A stretch of 64,000 nt of DNA. Origin: Candidatus Woesearchaeota archaeon (GTDB lineage: Archaea; Nanobdellota; Nanobdellia; Pacearchaeales; GW2011-AR1). The DNA lies in the NCBI GenBank assembly GCA_964530955.1, contig CAZHCL010000002.1, positions 7,412 to 71,411 on the forward strand, given 5' to 3'. The translations under genes and the position numbers were made by a program. Below are positions 1 through 8,285 of the stretch, in pieces (positions within the stretch are counted from its first letter, which is position 1; each line of letters opens with the position of its first letter). Under the pieces are notes generated by a model. The model was not told where the DNA came from. It was given only the letters and a program-made list of their open reading frames with translations, and did not search any database.

Positions 1-149
1 AAACTTTAAGAACAGGTTTTGAAGAAAAAAGTGTTCATAACAAAGCTGGAGTAATTTATGCCGGTAGTAAAATAGTTAGGGTAGCAAATGGCACAAAGAA
101 AGAATTGTGTACCCTAGATCTGAAACAGGCAATGGAGGCAAAAAAATGA
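1..149 (+). CDS. 3' end of an upstream gene (partial), hypothetical protein
   Basis: Open in frame 3 from the window edge (..GVIYAGSKIVRVANGTKKELCTLDLKQAMEAKK*). The TGA at 147-149 overlaps the next ATG at 146 (ATGA). A GGAGG lies at 134-138 inside its 3' end. Confidence 0.5.
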   Translation, partial: TLRTGFEEKSVHNKAGVIYAGSKIVRVANGTKKELCTLDLKQAMEAKK

Positions 150-646
150 CCATTAACAAAATCTTAATCGCAGATGACAAAGAAGAAAACAGAAAAGCTG
201 CACTGCAAGCATTTCCTTTTGCAGATTGTGCATCTAGTGCAAAGCAAGCTCTCGAATTACTTGCATCGCATGATTATGACTTGGTCTTAACAGATATGCA
301 GATGGAGAAAGAAAATTCTGGTCTAGAAGTTATTGCGATGTCTCTAAGAAAAAGCATTTTGTGTTACACTATTTCAAACGCAGGTTTAAATCATGGTGTT
401 GAAAGCATTGAAGTAACCCCATATATTGATAATATTCAATACTCAAAGGGCAAAGCAAATCCAGAGACTTGGAAATATGTTCTTGAATTAATATCAAACG
501 CAAAAGGATCGCATAAGTCCTACCAGGAAGTTCTATCAAAAATAAAAGGTAATTCAAAATCTAGCAAAGACCCATTAACAAATATTCCAGATGTAGTGAT
601 TACTGCATTGTATGCTCCTTGGAATACAAGAAGAAAAGCAAAATGA
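146..646 (+). CDS. Stand-alone response-regulator receiver (CheY-like REC) protein
   Basis: KILIADDKEENRK...DLVLTDMQM gives the acidic pair plus a phospho-acceptor Asp. I prefer the ATG at 146 (ATGA overlap with the upstream stop, GGAGG SD) over the track's non-ATG start at 107. Confidence 0.8.
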   Translation: MTINKILIADDKEENRKAALQAFPFADCASSAKQALELLASHDYDLVLTDMQMEKENSGLEVIAMSLRKSILCYTISNAGLNHGVESIEVTPYIDNIQYSKGKANPETWKYVLELISNAKGSHKSYQEVLSKIKGNSKSSKDPLTNIPDVVITALYAPWNTRRKAK

Positions 647-1011
647 CAAGTAGAATACTGATAGGTGACGATAACGAGCAAATAAGGAAATCCTTAGCAA
701 GGACTCTAAAGTTAAGAAAGCTGGAAACAGATTTAGCAAGTACTCCTGAAGAGGTAATCAGAAAGGCAAAAGCAAATAATTATTCAGCAATCATAACTGA
801 TTTAGAATATACTGAAGGCGGAAGAGAAGGATATGAAGTTCTGAGACAGATAAAAGAAACTCCATCAGTTAAAATTCTTTACACGGGACAAATAGGATTT
901 GAATTTTTGGCAGAAGGTCTTGCTAACGGAGCAGACTACGTTGTTCTTAGGAAAGAGATATCGCAATTAACTGAAGTTTTGGATAAAATAATTAGGGGGA
1001 AAATGAAATGA
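643..1011 (+). CDS. Stand-alone response-regulator receiver (CheY-like REC) protein
   Basis: RILIGDDNEQIRK...AIITDLEY...KILYTGQ...VVLRK gives DD/D/T/K receiver residues. The ATG at 643 overlaps the previous TGA (ATGA); the track start at 619 is TTG. Confidence 0.85.
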   Translation: MTSRILIGDDNEQIRKSLARTLKLRKLETDLASTPEEVIRKAKANNYSAIITDLEYTEGGREGYEVLRQIKETPSVKILYTGQIGFEFLAEGLANGADYVVLRKEISQLTEVLDKIIRGKMK

Positions 1012-2117
1012 CAAAACAACTAAACAAAAATTTACAAACAAGACGGCAACAATTATCAAATGAAAGAAGTAGATTGATAAGGTTAAATGATAAAATATGC
1101 GAAGATGAACGGATCTGGAAGCGTTTGAATATTCGGAATGTTCAAAAAAGAACATTAGGGCAGTATTTTCAAGGAGATCTAGAAAAAGAATTAACTGACT
1201 ATGTAGATTTTATTTATGATTTTACCATAAATCGCTCAAAAATGGGCACATCAAATGCAGATCGTAATAAGTACGAAAAAATGTATCAAAATAAAAGTCA
1301 ACTTGATAGTAAATTACATAAACACACACTGGCATTATTTAGGACAATAAGAAAAGCACCTGAGCCGGACAGACTTATATTGGCTCATGCGATTGGTCCG
1401 GCATTTCATTTTAATCTTGGGTCTAGTATAGACTTGGAATATATTTTCGGAGAAGTAAGATATAGTGACGGGGATATGGTTTTTAATGCTGAAAAGAGAC
1501 TAAAAATCCTAAAATTAGATCATCTTGTTGACTGGAGCCCAAAGGGAAATAGTAATTACAGTGCGGGTATTCCACATGATAAAGTCAAGGAAATTTATCA
1601 TTCTTGTTCGCACCTATCACGTGAATCAATCGAAACCAAAAGAAAACAACTGCAAGAAAGCAATGTAATATTGGAACAACAGGAAAAAGAATTAAAAACT
1701 GAGTTAAAATATAATGAACTTGCCCAATCTTTAAAAGTCCCCGCTCGAAAACTTAAACAAAGAATGCCTACATTAATGGAAGATTTAGGGCTTATTGAAA
1801 GAGATGTTGGAAGCGGGGTTCAGGAACTGGCTGTTGATCCAGATACGAATACTATTGTTACTATTTCTGATCGCTCAGTAATAGGTAGAGGTTGCGGTCA
1901 TGACAAAATTGTTTCTGCATATAGAGATGGTTCAATTACTCGAAGAACATATTCATATAGAGATCCTGACAGCTGGGAGAGAGACAGACCAGAATATAGC
2001 TTTAACAAAGTAGAAATAGTTCGTGCTGATGACAAAAGCGTAAATGCTAGACTTTCAAGTAACAGTTACACCGAAAATGTAGAATTTAATTTTGGCGGAA
2101 ACGGGAGAGCAAAATAA
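1008..2117 (+). CDS. Hypothetical protein (369 aa), coiled-coil-like N-terminal and central segments, no family recognised
   Basis: Long ORF with an ATGA overlap to the upstream REC gene and an AGGGGGA SD-like motif upstream. No recognisable motif. Confidence 0.7.
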   Translation: MTKQLNKNLQTRRQQLSNERSRLIRLNDKICEDERIWKRLNIRNVQKRTLGQYFQGDLEKELTDYVDFIYDFTINRSKMGTSNADRNKYEKMYQNKSQLDSKLHKHTLALFRTIRKAPEPDRLILAHAIGPAFHFNLGSSIDLEYIFGEVRYSDGDMVFNAEKRLKILKLDHLVDWSPKGNSNYSAGIPHDKVKEIYHSCSHLSRESIETKRKQLQESNVILEQQEKELKTELKYNELAQSLKVPARKLKQRMPTLMEDLGLIERDVGSGVQELAVDPDTNTIVTISDRSVIGRGCGHDKIVSAYRDGSITRRTYSYRDPDSWERDRPEYSFNKVEIVRADDKSVNARLSSNSYTENVEFNFGGNGRAK

Positions 2118-2446
2118 TGGGAAGCTTTGAAGAAGAATATTTCAGATATTCTCCAAAATATGGCTCTAAAATTGCGGACAAGTATATTACATATTCAGAG
2201 AAAAATCCAATTAAAGAAAATGCAACCTTAGCTGAAAGAATGGAACATATGGGTGGCTTTTGTAAGTTATCTAAGCTAGAACGTCCCGCTACATTTTTAG
2301 AAATCGAACAGAAGAGAGATGAAACTAAAATGGGGCATCTTAGACATTATGCTGCTGCAGCAATTATGATAAGAGGAGAAAGCGTGCCAGTATCCCCTAT
2401 ACTAAGAGAAAAGATAAAAGCAAGAATGAGAAGGAAGGCCAAATGA
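2117..2446 (+). CDS. Hypothetical protein (109 aa)
   Basis: TAATG overlap with the upstream gene (2115-2119) and ATGA overlap with the downstream gene. No family recognised. Confidence 0.6.
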   Translation: MGSFEEEYFRYSPKYGSKIADKYITYSEKNPIKENATLAERMEHMGGFCKLSKLERPATFLEIEQKRDETKMGHLRHYAAAAIMIRGESVPVSPILREKIKARMRRKAK

Positions 2447-3570
2447 CCTGCCTTTTTGAGAGAATAGTGGATGGAAGGATGAGGTTCGCAGAAAGAATAG
2501 AAGAAAGAGCAAGGCAGTTATTAACCGGTTATATTGAAAGGGATTTTGAGTCTCTTGTGGCGCAACCACTCCAAAATCCTTCTAAGAAACCGTATTTTCA
2601 GGAGAAATACAAGAAGATTGAGGGAAATAGATTTTCATGGAATGCTCTTAAAAATATTGAAGATATAGCAGGAGTTTCAACAATTGATCATTCCAGTATT
2701 TTTGGGTCTTTGAAACAAATATCTGCGTGTGTTGATGGTTATAACGGTCAATTGTTAGAAGCGGCTGCTTCTATTCCTGCCATTTATATGGATAAAACTT
2801 CTGGTATAGAACCAAATTGTGTTGGAGCCTCGCAAATTATTGCTTCGTTATATTCATTTAAGAAACCCATGAGTAATCTGGAAATGCTTTTTATCTTATC
2901 ATCAAGAAGAAGAGATAATCTGTTAAAATATTTAAGAGAATTCGACACGTTACCTACAGAAAGATCAGGTTATCAAGAATATGTCGAACTAAAAGTTGAT
3001 TCATTTAGCGGGCATTTTCCAAAAAAAGAAGCAAGAGACAAATTGCTTGATGCAGCTTTGCAGATAGAAGATACCGGTCATGTTGCAGTAAGAAAGAAAG
3101 GCGGAGAAATCTTTGATTTTGAAATTGAAAGAAATAATTTCAAGAATGTGGAAATCTGTCCAATTCAGGAAGGGATTTGGGCTTCGGCTGTTTGCAATCT
3201 AGTAAGCCTTTACAATTACCTCGGATTTGATTCTGAAAATCAGTGGAAAAAAGTTTCAGGAAAAGTAGAATCAATCAGTTCAGGATTGGCTGCAATGATT
3301 AATTATTCATTAGGCATTGGGAATTTTAACAAATTGCAGACAATATTCGGAGAAGATTTGCCTTCAAGATATTACATGGCTGAGATGGCAAAACGCAGAA
3401 CAGACCTTCAATTCAATAGCGCCGCGATTCAACAGATACAAAATACCTATGTCCATACCGAAGCCCTTAAAATCGTTGGAAAAAAGTATCTCTCTGAAGA
3501 AGACTATTCTATTTTAATTGGTTCTCTGGATTCTAGGATATTTCAATCGCCATTAAGGAGATTAAAATGA
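2443..3570 (+). CDS. Hypothetical protein (375 aa), no family recognised
   Basis: Long ORF, translationally coupled on both sides by ATGA overlaps. Confidence 0.7.
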   Translation: MTCLFERIVDGRMRFAERIEERARQLLTGYIERDFESLVAQPLQNPSKKPYFQEKYKKIEGNRFSWNALKNIEDIAGVSTIDHSSIFGSLKQISACVDGYNGQLLEAAASIPAIYMDKTSGIEPNCVGASQIIASLYSFKKPMSNLEMLFILSSRRRDNLLKYLREFDTLPTERSGYQEYVELKVDSFSGHFPKKEARDKLLDAALQIEDTGHVAVRKKGGEIFDFEIERNNFKNVEICPIQEGIWASAVCNLVSLYNYLGFDSENQWKKVSGKVESISSGLAAMINYSLGIGNFNKLQTIFGEDLPSRYYMAEMAKRRTDLQFNSAAIQQIQNTYVHTEALKIVGKKYLSEEDYSILIGSLDSRIFQSPLRRLK

Positions 3571-3731
3571 TAAACAAACAGTTCACAATCACAAAAAGAA
3601 TCGCAAAGCATGGAAAGCAAGCCATAATTGTTATTCCTAGACTGATTGAAGAACATCTAAAACCTGGAACGATTGTTGAACTAAAGATTGAAATCTTACA
3701 AGAAACTGAGACCTTGCCTATTCTCTCTTAG
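3567..3731 (+). CDS. Small AbrB/SpoVT-like (swapped-hairpin) DNA-binding protein, 54 aa, not in the ORF track
   Basis: Manual translation: MINKQFTITKRIAKHGKQAIIVIPRLIEEHLKPGTIVELKIEILQETETLPILS*. The pattern K.G...I.IP......L.PG..V resembles AbrB/VapB-type domains. The ATG overlaps the upstream TGA (ATGA at 3567-3570). Confidence 0.5.
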   Translation: MINKQFTITKRIAKHGKQAIIVIPRLIEEHLKPGTIVELKIEILQETETLPILS

Positions 3732-4219
3732 AGCGCCCAAACATTCAGTGAAGGAAGAATGCCAAATATGACCAAGAGTATTATAAAGAACAAATCTTTC
3801 AAGATTCTTGATTTTAGTTTATCCTTGCTTTCCACCACTTCAAATGCAGAATAAGTTATTGCCATTAATATGTTTAGGCTGAAAAAAATCATTCCGATTT
3901 TAACGCTGACAAGGGTTGATAGCAATATTCCAACTACACTTAAAAGAAAACTATATCCTATTGTAAAAGTTATGTATCCAAACTTATCCCACATTTTAGG
4001 TCTCCTAGTATAAGCGAGCTTTGTTCTTGCAAAAACGGAACTTAAAAAGAAAGGAATAGCTATGCTCAATTCTGTTGCCAAAAGAAAATTACTTTGAAGA
4101 ATCTTAGAATTTATAGCAATGATAAATGTAAAAAGTGAGAAACATGTTCCCAAAAAAGAAAGATTTATTTTACTTCTTTCACTCGATTTACTCTTCCTTA
4201 TATCTTCCTCTTTAAGCAT
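3728..4219 (-). CDS. Hypothetical integral membrane protein (about 4 TM)
   Basis: Four hydrophobic stretches; no motif recognised. Confidence 0.6.
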   Translation of the reverse strand: MLKEEDIRKSKSSERSKINLSFLGTCFSLFTFIIAINSKILQSNFLLATELSIAIPFFLSSVFARTKLAYTRRPKMWDKFGYITFTIGYSFLLSVVGILLSTLVSVKIGMIFFSLNILMAITYSAFEVVESKDKLKSRILKDLFFIILLVIFGILPSLNVWAL

Positions 4220-4257
4220 AATAATATATAGATTTTAGGTTTATATTCCTTTTGAGA

Positions 4258-4752
4258 TTAAACACGTCTCCCACGCTTGCCACCCTTCTTCTTAGGACCG
4301 CCACGCGCAACTCTTGTTGTTTCAAGAATATTAATTACTCTAAATCCGCTCTTGCTTAAGCTCTTTATTGCTGCATGAGCTCCAGAACCAAGACCAATAC
4401 TTCCTGTCTTCGCTCTCATTCTAACATAAAGCGCATTAATTCCGAGGTCCTTTGCTCTTTCAGCTGCCTTTTTAGCAACGAACATTGCAACAGTGGCGTC
4501 TGCTTTCAATCTTGAATGTTTAGTTACCATTCCACCAGTTACCCTTGCAAGAGTATTTCCAGCCAAGTCAGTAATATGCACCATTGTATTGTTAGAAGAA
4601 CTATAAATGTAAGCGATTCCTGCTCTCTCTTCTTTTTTCTCTTTAACTTCTTCCTCTTTAGCAGGTTCAACAACTTTTTCAGATTCTTTTGCAACAACCT
4701 TCTCTTCCTGTTTAACTTCAGCTACTGCTTCGGTCTTTATTTTCTCTACCAT
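4258..4752 (-). CDS. rps11: 30S ribosomal protein S11 (uS11) with K/E-rich N-terminal extension
   Basis: GIAYIYSSSNNTMVHITDLAGNTLARVTGGM...KSGFRVINILETTRVARGGPKKKGGKRGRRV. Confidence 0.95.
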   Translation of the reverse strand: MVEKIKTEAVAEVKQEEKVVAKESEKVVEPAKEEEVKEKKEERAGIAYIYSSSNNTMVHITDLAGNTLARVTGGMVTKHSRLKADATVAMFVAKKAAERAKDLGINALYVRMRAKTGSIGLGSGAHAAIKSLSKSGFRVINILETTRVARGGPKKKGGKRGRRV

Positions 4753-4753
4753 T

Positions 4754-5269
4754 TTACTTCGCTACCTCCGCAGGAACAGCAATAGGTTCAGCAGCAACTT
4801 CTGCCTTAGGCTTCTTAACCTTTGCTTTAACTCTTAGTGAAATCGAATTCTCCTCCGCAACCGGAACGATGTAGCTTGGGCTGTTAACAACGTTATTATT
4901 TATAAGAACATTTTTATGAGCTACAAACTGTCTTGCCTGCTGAGGTGTCTTTGCAAGTCCTTTCCTAAATAATATGTAAGGCAATCTTCTTTCAAGGAAG
5001 TTTTCAATCTTAAGAGCAAGTACATCTGCAATTGAATCAACTTTTATTCCTAGAGAAGTTAATTTACCAAAAAGAATCTTCTGCTCTTCCATAGATGCTT
5101 TTGCAAGATCTTTAGCTCTTGACCTGTAATAATCGACCTTAGCATCGACTTTCCAAACTTCTCTCTTACTCTTCAAAGCATATTTTTTCTTGAGATTATT
5201 TTCCTCTTCAATTCTGACCTTCTCATACATTTTCTTAGGTCTTACATAAAGTTTCTTTTTCCTTATCAT
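4754..5269 (-). CDS. rps4: 30S ribosomal protein S4 (uS4)
   Basis: RKKKLYVRPKKMYEKVRIEEENNLKKKYALKSKREVWK plus an S4 RNA-binding domain. ATGA overlap with the S13 stop. Confidence 0.95.
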   Translation of the reverse strand: MIRKKKLYVRPKKMYEKVRIEEENNLKKKYALKSKREVWKVDAKVDYYRSRAKDLAKASMEEQKILFGKLTSLGIKVDSIADVLALKIENFLERRLPYILFRKGLAKTPQQARQFVAHKNVLINNNVVNSPSYIVPVAEENSISLRVKAKVKKPKAEVAAEPIAVPAEVAK

Positions 5270-5802
5270 TTCTTAGTGCGCTTTACCCCCATCGCTACTC
5301 CCTTCTTTCTGAAGTGTGACCTTGTTCTCTGTCCTCTTACTGGAAGCTTCAAAGCATGTCTCAATCCACGATAACTCTTTATCTCTCTAAGTCTCTTAAT
5401 ATCAAATTCTTTCTTTATATCAAGGTCAGAGCCAAGATAATGTTTTGTCTCTCCCGTTTCAACATCAGAGCGCCTATTCTTAAGAAAATCAGCTACATTA
5501 AGATTGTGAAAAAACTTTTCTATTTCCTGTATCTCTGGCTTTGAAAGATCAGAGATTTTCTTTGATTTTGGCATGTTAAGTTTTATGCAAGCAGCATTTG
5601 AAATAGACCATGAAATTCCTTTTATTCTTGTTAATCCAGTAATTAGATTCTTTGAACCAGGTATGTCATATCCCAAAATTCTTATAAGAAATTCTCCCTT
5701 GTCTTCCTGCTGATAAGCTGCTTTCTTTTCTGCCTTTGCTAATACACTCTCAGGCTTTTTCTTATCCTGTTTCTCCTTGTTATCTTGTTTCTTTTCTGCC
5801 AT
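5266..5802 (-). CDS. rps13: 30S ribosomal protein S13 (uS13) with K-rich N-terminal extension
   Basis: IRILGYDIPGSKNLITGLTRIKGI...RGLRHALKLPVRGQRTRSHFRK. Confidence 0.95.
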   Translation of the reverse strand: MAEKKQDNKEKQDKKKPESVLAKAEKKAAYQQEDKGEFLIRILGYDIPGSKNLITGLTRIKGISWSISNAACIKLNMPKSKKISDLSKPEIQEIEKFFHNLNVADFLKNRRSDVETGETKHYLGSDLDIKKEFDIKRLREIKSYRGLRHALKLPVRGQRTRSHFRKKGVAMGVKRTKK

Positions 5803-5803
5803 T

Positions 5804-6346
5804 TTATTTTACAAAAAGATAAAACCTCTGCCTTTCAGTCAATTCCTCCAAAAGCCTTTTCTCAATCGCTTTCTTCGGATCCGGCATGTTCTTTACCCTT
5901 TCCTTTATGTCATCAAAAGACGAGAATTCTTTTTCTTCCCGCGCCTTTAATACCTCTTCAGTGTGCTTCTTTCCAAAACCTGGAAGCAGTTCGAGTTGAT
6001 GCATTCTGGTATTTATTGCCTGAGCGTGGTTGAAGAAATCTAAAAATTTCTTTTCCTGCTCCGCAACCACCATCTCGATATGTTCCTGTAGTTGGATCTT
6101 CGCAGCTTCAGTAAGCTTTTCTTTCGAAAGCCTTCCTGCAATGAAGTATATCTTATCTCTCTTATCTGGGCCTATATAAACTTTTTCTTTTACAGCAAGA
6201 TTTATTCCCCTTCTTGGAACAAGCTCAAGAAGAGAAAGACTCTTCTCTCCGATAGCCTGTGCTATAGGAGTCATCCTTCCACCAGCTACAGGATAGCCGT
6301 AAGGCAAGTAATCTAGTATTATTGCATAATCTTCTTTTTCGGTCAT
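5804..6346 (-). CDS. DUF655/COG1491-type OB-fold + helix-hairpin-helix nucleic-acid-binding protein
   Basis: AIILDYLPYGYP...LELLPGFGKKHTEEVLKARE. Sits in the conserved archaeal position after L21e-RpoF. Confidence 0.8.
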   Translation of the reverse strand: MTEKEDYAIILDYLPYGYPVAGGRMTPIAQAIGEKSLSLLELVPRRGINLAVKEKVYIGPDKRDKIYFIAGRLSKEKLTEAAKIQLQEHIEMVVAEQEKKFLDFFNHAQAINTRMHQLELLPGFGKKHTEEVLKAREEKEFSSFDDIKERVKNMPDPKKAIEKRLLEELTERQRFYLFVK

Positions 6347-6348
6347 GT

Positions 6349-6645
6349 TCAGTATTTTTTGACAATCGCAAGTATAGAATTTGATTCCTCGTCAGTCAAT
6401 CCGACATCAAGGAAAATCTTGTTTAAGTCCTCGGAGTCCTTAGGAACAAAATCAATTATTTTAACAATAGTTTCTTCCTTTATCTTTGGATTATTGAGGG
6501 CTTTTATCTCTTCAGTACACTTCTCAGTATCATCCTTAGAAATCTTTGCAAATGCTTTTATGTAATCTTCCATGACCTTATTGTCAACATCTTTTACATA
6601 ATCCTTGACTTGACCAAGAGTTACTGGAGTTTTACTTATTATCAT
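6349..6645 (-). CDS. rpoF: DNA-directed RNA polymerase subunit F (Rpo4/Rpb4-like)
   Basis: Size, helical acidic sequence and the conserved archaeal L21e-RpoF-COG1491 gene order. ATGA overlap with the L21e stop. Confidence 0.65.
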   Translation of the reverse strand: MIISKTPVTLGQVKDYVKDVDNKVMEDYIKAFAKISKDDTEKCTEEIKALNNPKIKEETIVKIIDFVPKDSEDLNKIFLDVGLTDEESNSILAIVKKY

Positions 6646-6902
6646 GCTTTTACCTCTATCTTTTTCAAATGTATCGGTTTAATTGAATATCTCTTGGCTT
6701 TTCCCAAATCAGCAATCTCAACATAATAGCTGTTTCCTCTCTTTGCAAGAACTTTTCCAGTTCTTCCCTGCAATCTGTGAGAATATTGGAAAGGAACACT
6801 ATGCTCTTTAGCGACGGCTACAGAGTCTCCTACCTTAAACTGCTGAAAATATCTTGTAAAAGAAAATTTTCCTTTCTGCCTTGGATTCTTGTGACTAAGC
6901 AT
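6642..6902 (-). CDS. rpl21e: 50S ribosomal protein L21e
   Basis: SHKNPRQKGKFSFTRYFQQFKVGDSVAV...GRTGKV. Confidence 0.9.
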   Translation of the reverse strand: MLSHKNPRQKGKFSFTRYFQQFKVGDSVAVAKEHSVPFQYSHRLQGRTGKVLAKRGNSYYVEIADLGKAKRYSIKPIHLKKIEVKA

Positions 6903-6952
6903 GGATATACCTCATAAAAGTAGTTTAAAAAGCTTTTCCTTAGAAAAAGTGT

Positions 6953-7129
6953 CTAAGCTCCTGAAACAGAACCTTGAAACAAATCGCCCGACTGCCTGGA
7001 TTTTTCCATGCTTTCTACTATAGCATTGAACATTTTTTCTCCCCAAACACCAACTCCACACCTTTTGCAGAAGTCAATAACTGAATCCTGAGAAATTTCA
7101 GTCTTACAATAAATACATTGTTTTGCCAT
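6953..7129 (-). CDS. Small zinc-ribbon-like protein, 58 aa, not in the ORF track
   Basis: Manual translation: MAKQCIYCKTEISQDSVIDFCKRCGVGVWGEKMFNAIVESMEKSRQSGDLFQGSVSGA*. Two CxxC pairs. It fills an otherwise empty 300-bp gap. Confidence 0.5.
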   Translation of the reverse strand: MAKQCIYCKTEISQDSVIDFCKRCGVGVWGEKMFNAIVESMEKSRQSGDLFQGSVSGA

Positions 7130-7205
7130 TTTACCTCTTTTATTAATTTATTCTTTTAGTTGCAAGAATAAGTATTTAAATATTCTTATTCTTTACAACA
7201 ATTGT

Positions 7206-7430
7206 ATGGTTAAAATAAAAATAGAAAGAAAAGGCTATTTCTGGTCAGGAATAGCTATTTTAGCCTTGCTAATTCTAACCTATATTGTAAAATTTCCAGC
7301 AGATGCAGGCAGCAATTTCATTACCTATGATTCTTTACTCGGAATTATCATTTTTCATAACCCCTTCATTCTTGCAGTTTACCTGATAATAGCAATAAAA
7401 TTAATTATGAATGGCTTGAAAAAGAAATGA
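7206..7430 (+). CDS. Small membrane protein (2 TM), hypothetical
   Basis: Two hydrophobic helices. A TATA-like GTATTTAAATATT lies about 30 nt upstream. Confidence 0.5.
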   Translation: MVKIKIERKGYFWSGIAILALLILTYIVKFPADAGSNFITYDSLLGIIIFHNPFILAVYLIIAIKLIMNGLKKK

Positions 7431-7476
7431 AAACAAAATTCACAAGCTTTAAATAATCTAAAAATCTGCAAAACCA

Positions 7477-8280
7477 ATGACTGAAGAAACTCCCAAAAGT
7501 GAATCAATAACTATTAAGAAAGAGAGTCTCTGGAAATATTCTACGTTTATACTTGTTGCAATACTGATTGTTGGAGCATTTATTTTCTTCAGAAGCGGAA
7601 CTACAAGCGGAAATGCAGTTAATACTGGAAACACTGCAGGAAATGCTGCTGCGGGAGCAGCGACAGGGCCTGTAGATGTAAGCGCCTTCACAGGTAATTC
7701 TGATATATTCCCATCCATAGGACCAGCAAATGCACCAGCAACGGTTATTGAGTTTGCAGACTTCCAATGCCCCTACTGCGCTCTAGCTTCAGGGCAAGCA
7801 ACCTGGGCAAGCCAATATAGTCAATATTCTGATTTAATTAATGCTGGAGGAAAAGCAGAAAAATTGGCTCAAGCAGGCAAGATAAAATTCATATTCGTTA
7901 CAATGAACTTCCTTGACCAAGGAAAAATAGGCGAGTCAAACTGGGCTGCAGAAGCAGCTTATTGCGCAAATGACCAAGGTAAATTCTGGGAAATGCATGA
8001 TGCTATTTACAAAGCAAGCGACGGACCAAGTGAGGATAATGGCAAGTATGCCAAGGCAAAATTGGAAACAATCGCACAAAGTATTTCAGGATTAGACCAG
8101 ACTAAGTTCAAGAGTTGCCTTGAAAGCGATGCAGACCTAAGCAAGGTTCAGCAATCTCAGCAGGCAGCAAGTGCAGTCGTACAGGGAACACCAACCTTCT
8201 TCGTAAATGGCCAGCAGGTCAATGCAGGATGGTCCACAATATCTGCAGCATTACAAAGTGCTGGTGTAAGTACAAATTAA
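7477..8280 (+). CDS. Membrane-anchored DsbA-like thiol:disulfide oxidoreductase (thioredoxin fold)
   Basis: N-terminal TM, VIEFADFQCPYCA active site, GTPTFFVNGQ cis-Pro loop. Confidence 0.8.
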   Translation: MTEETPKSESITIKKESLWKYSTFILVAILIVGAFIFFRSGTTSGNAVNTGNTAGNAAAGAATGPVDVSAFTGNSDIFPSIGPANAPATVIEFADFQCPYCALASGQATWASQYSQYSDLINAGGKAEKLAQAGKIKFIFVTMNFLDQGKIGESNWAAEAAYCANDQGKFWEMHDAIYKASDGPSEDNGKYAKAKLETIAQSISGLDQTKFKSCLESDADLSKVQQSQQAASAVVQGTPTFFVNGQQVNAGWSTISAALQSAGVSTN

Positions 8281-8285
8281 AAGAA

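Noticed and set aside
4516-6565. Plus-strand ORFs (89, 62, 82, 74 and 68 aa) across the ribosomal protein cluster
   Set aside because: All are antisense to strongly supported r-protein, RpoF or DUF655 genes, and they have F/L/S-rich shadow-frame composition.
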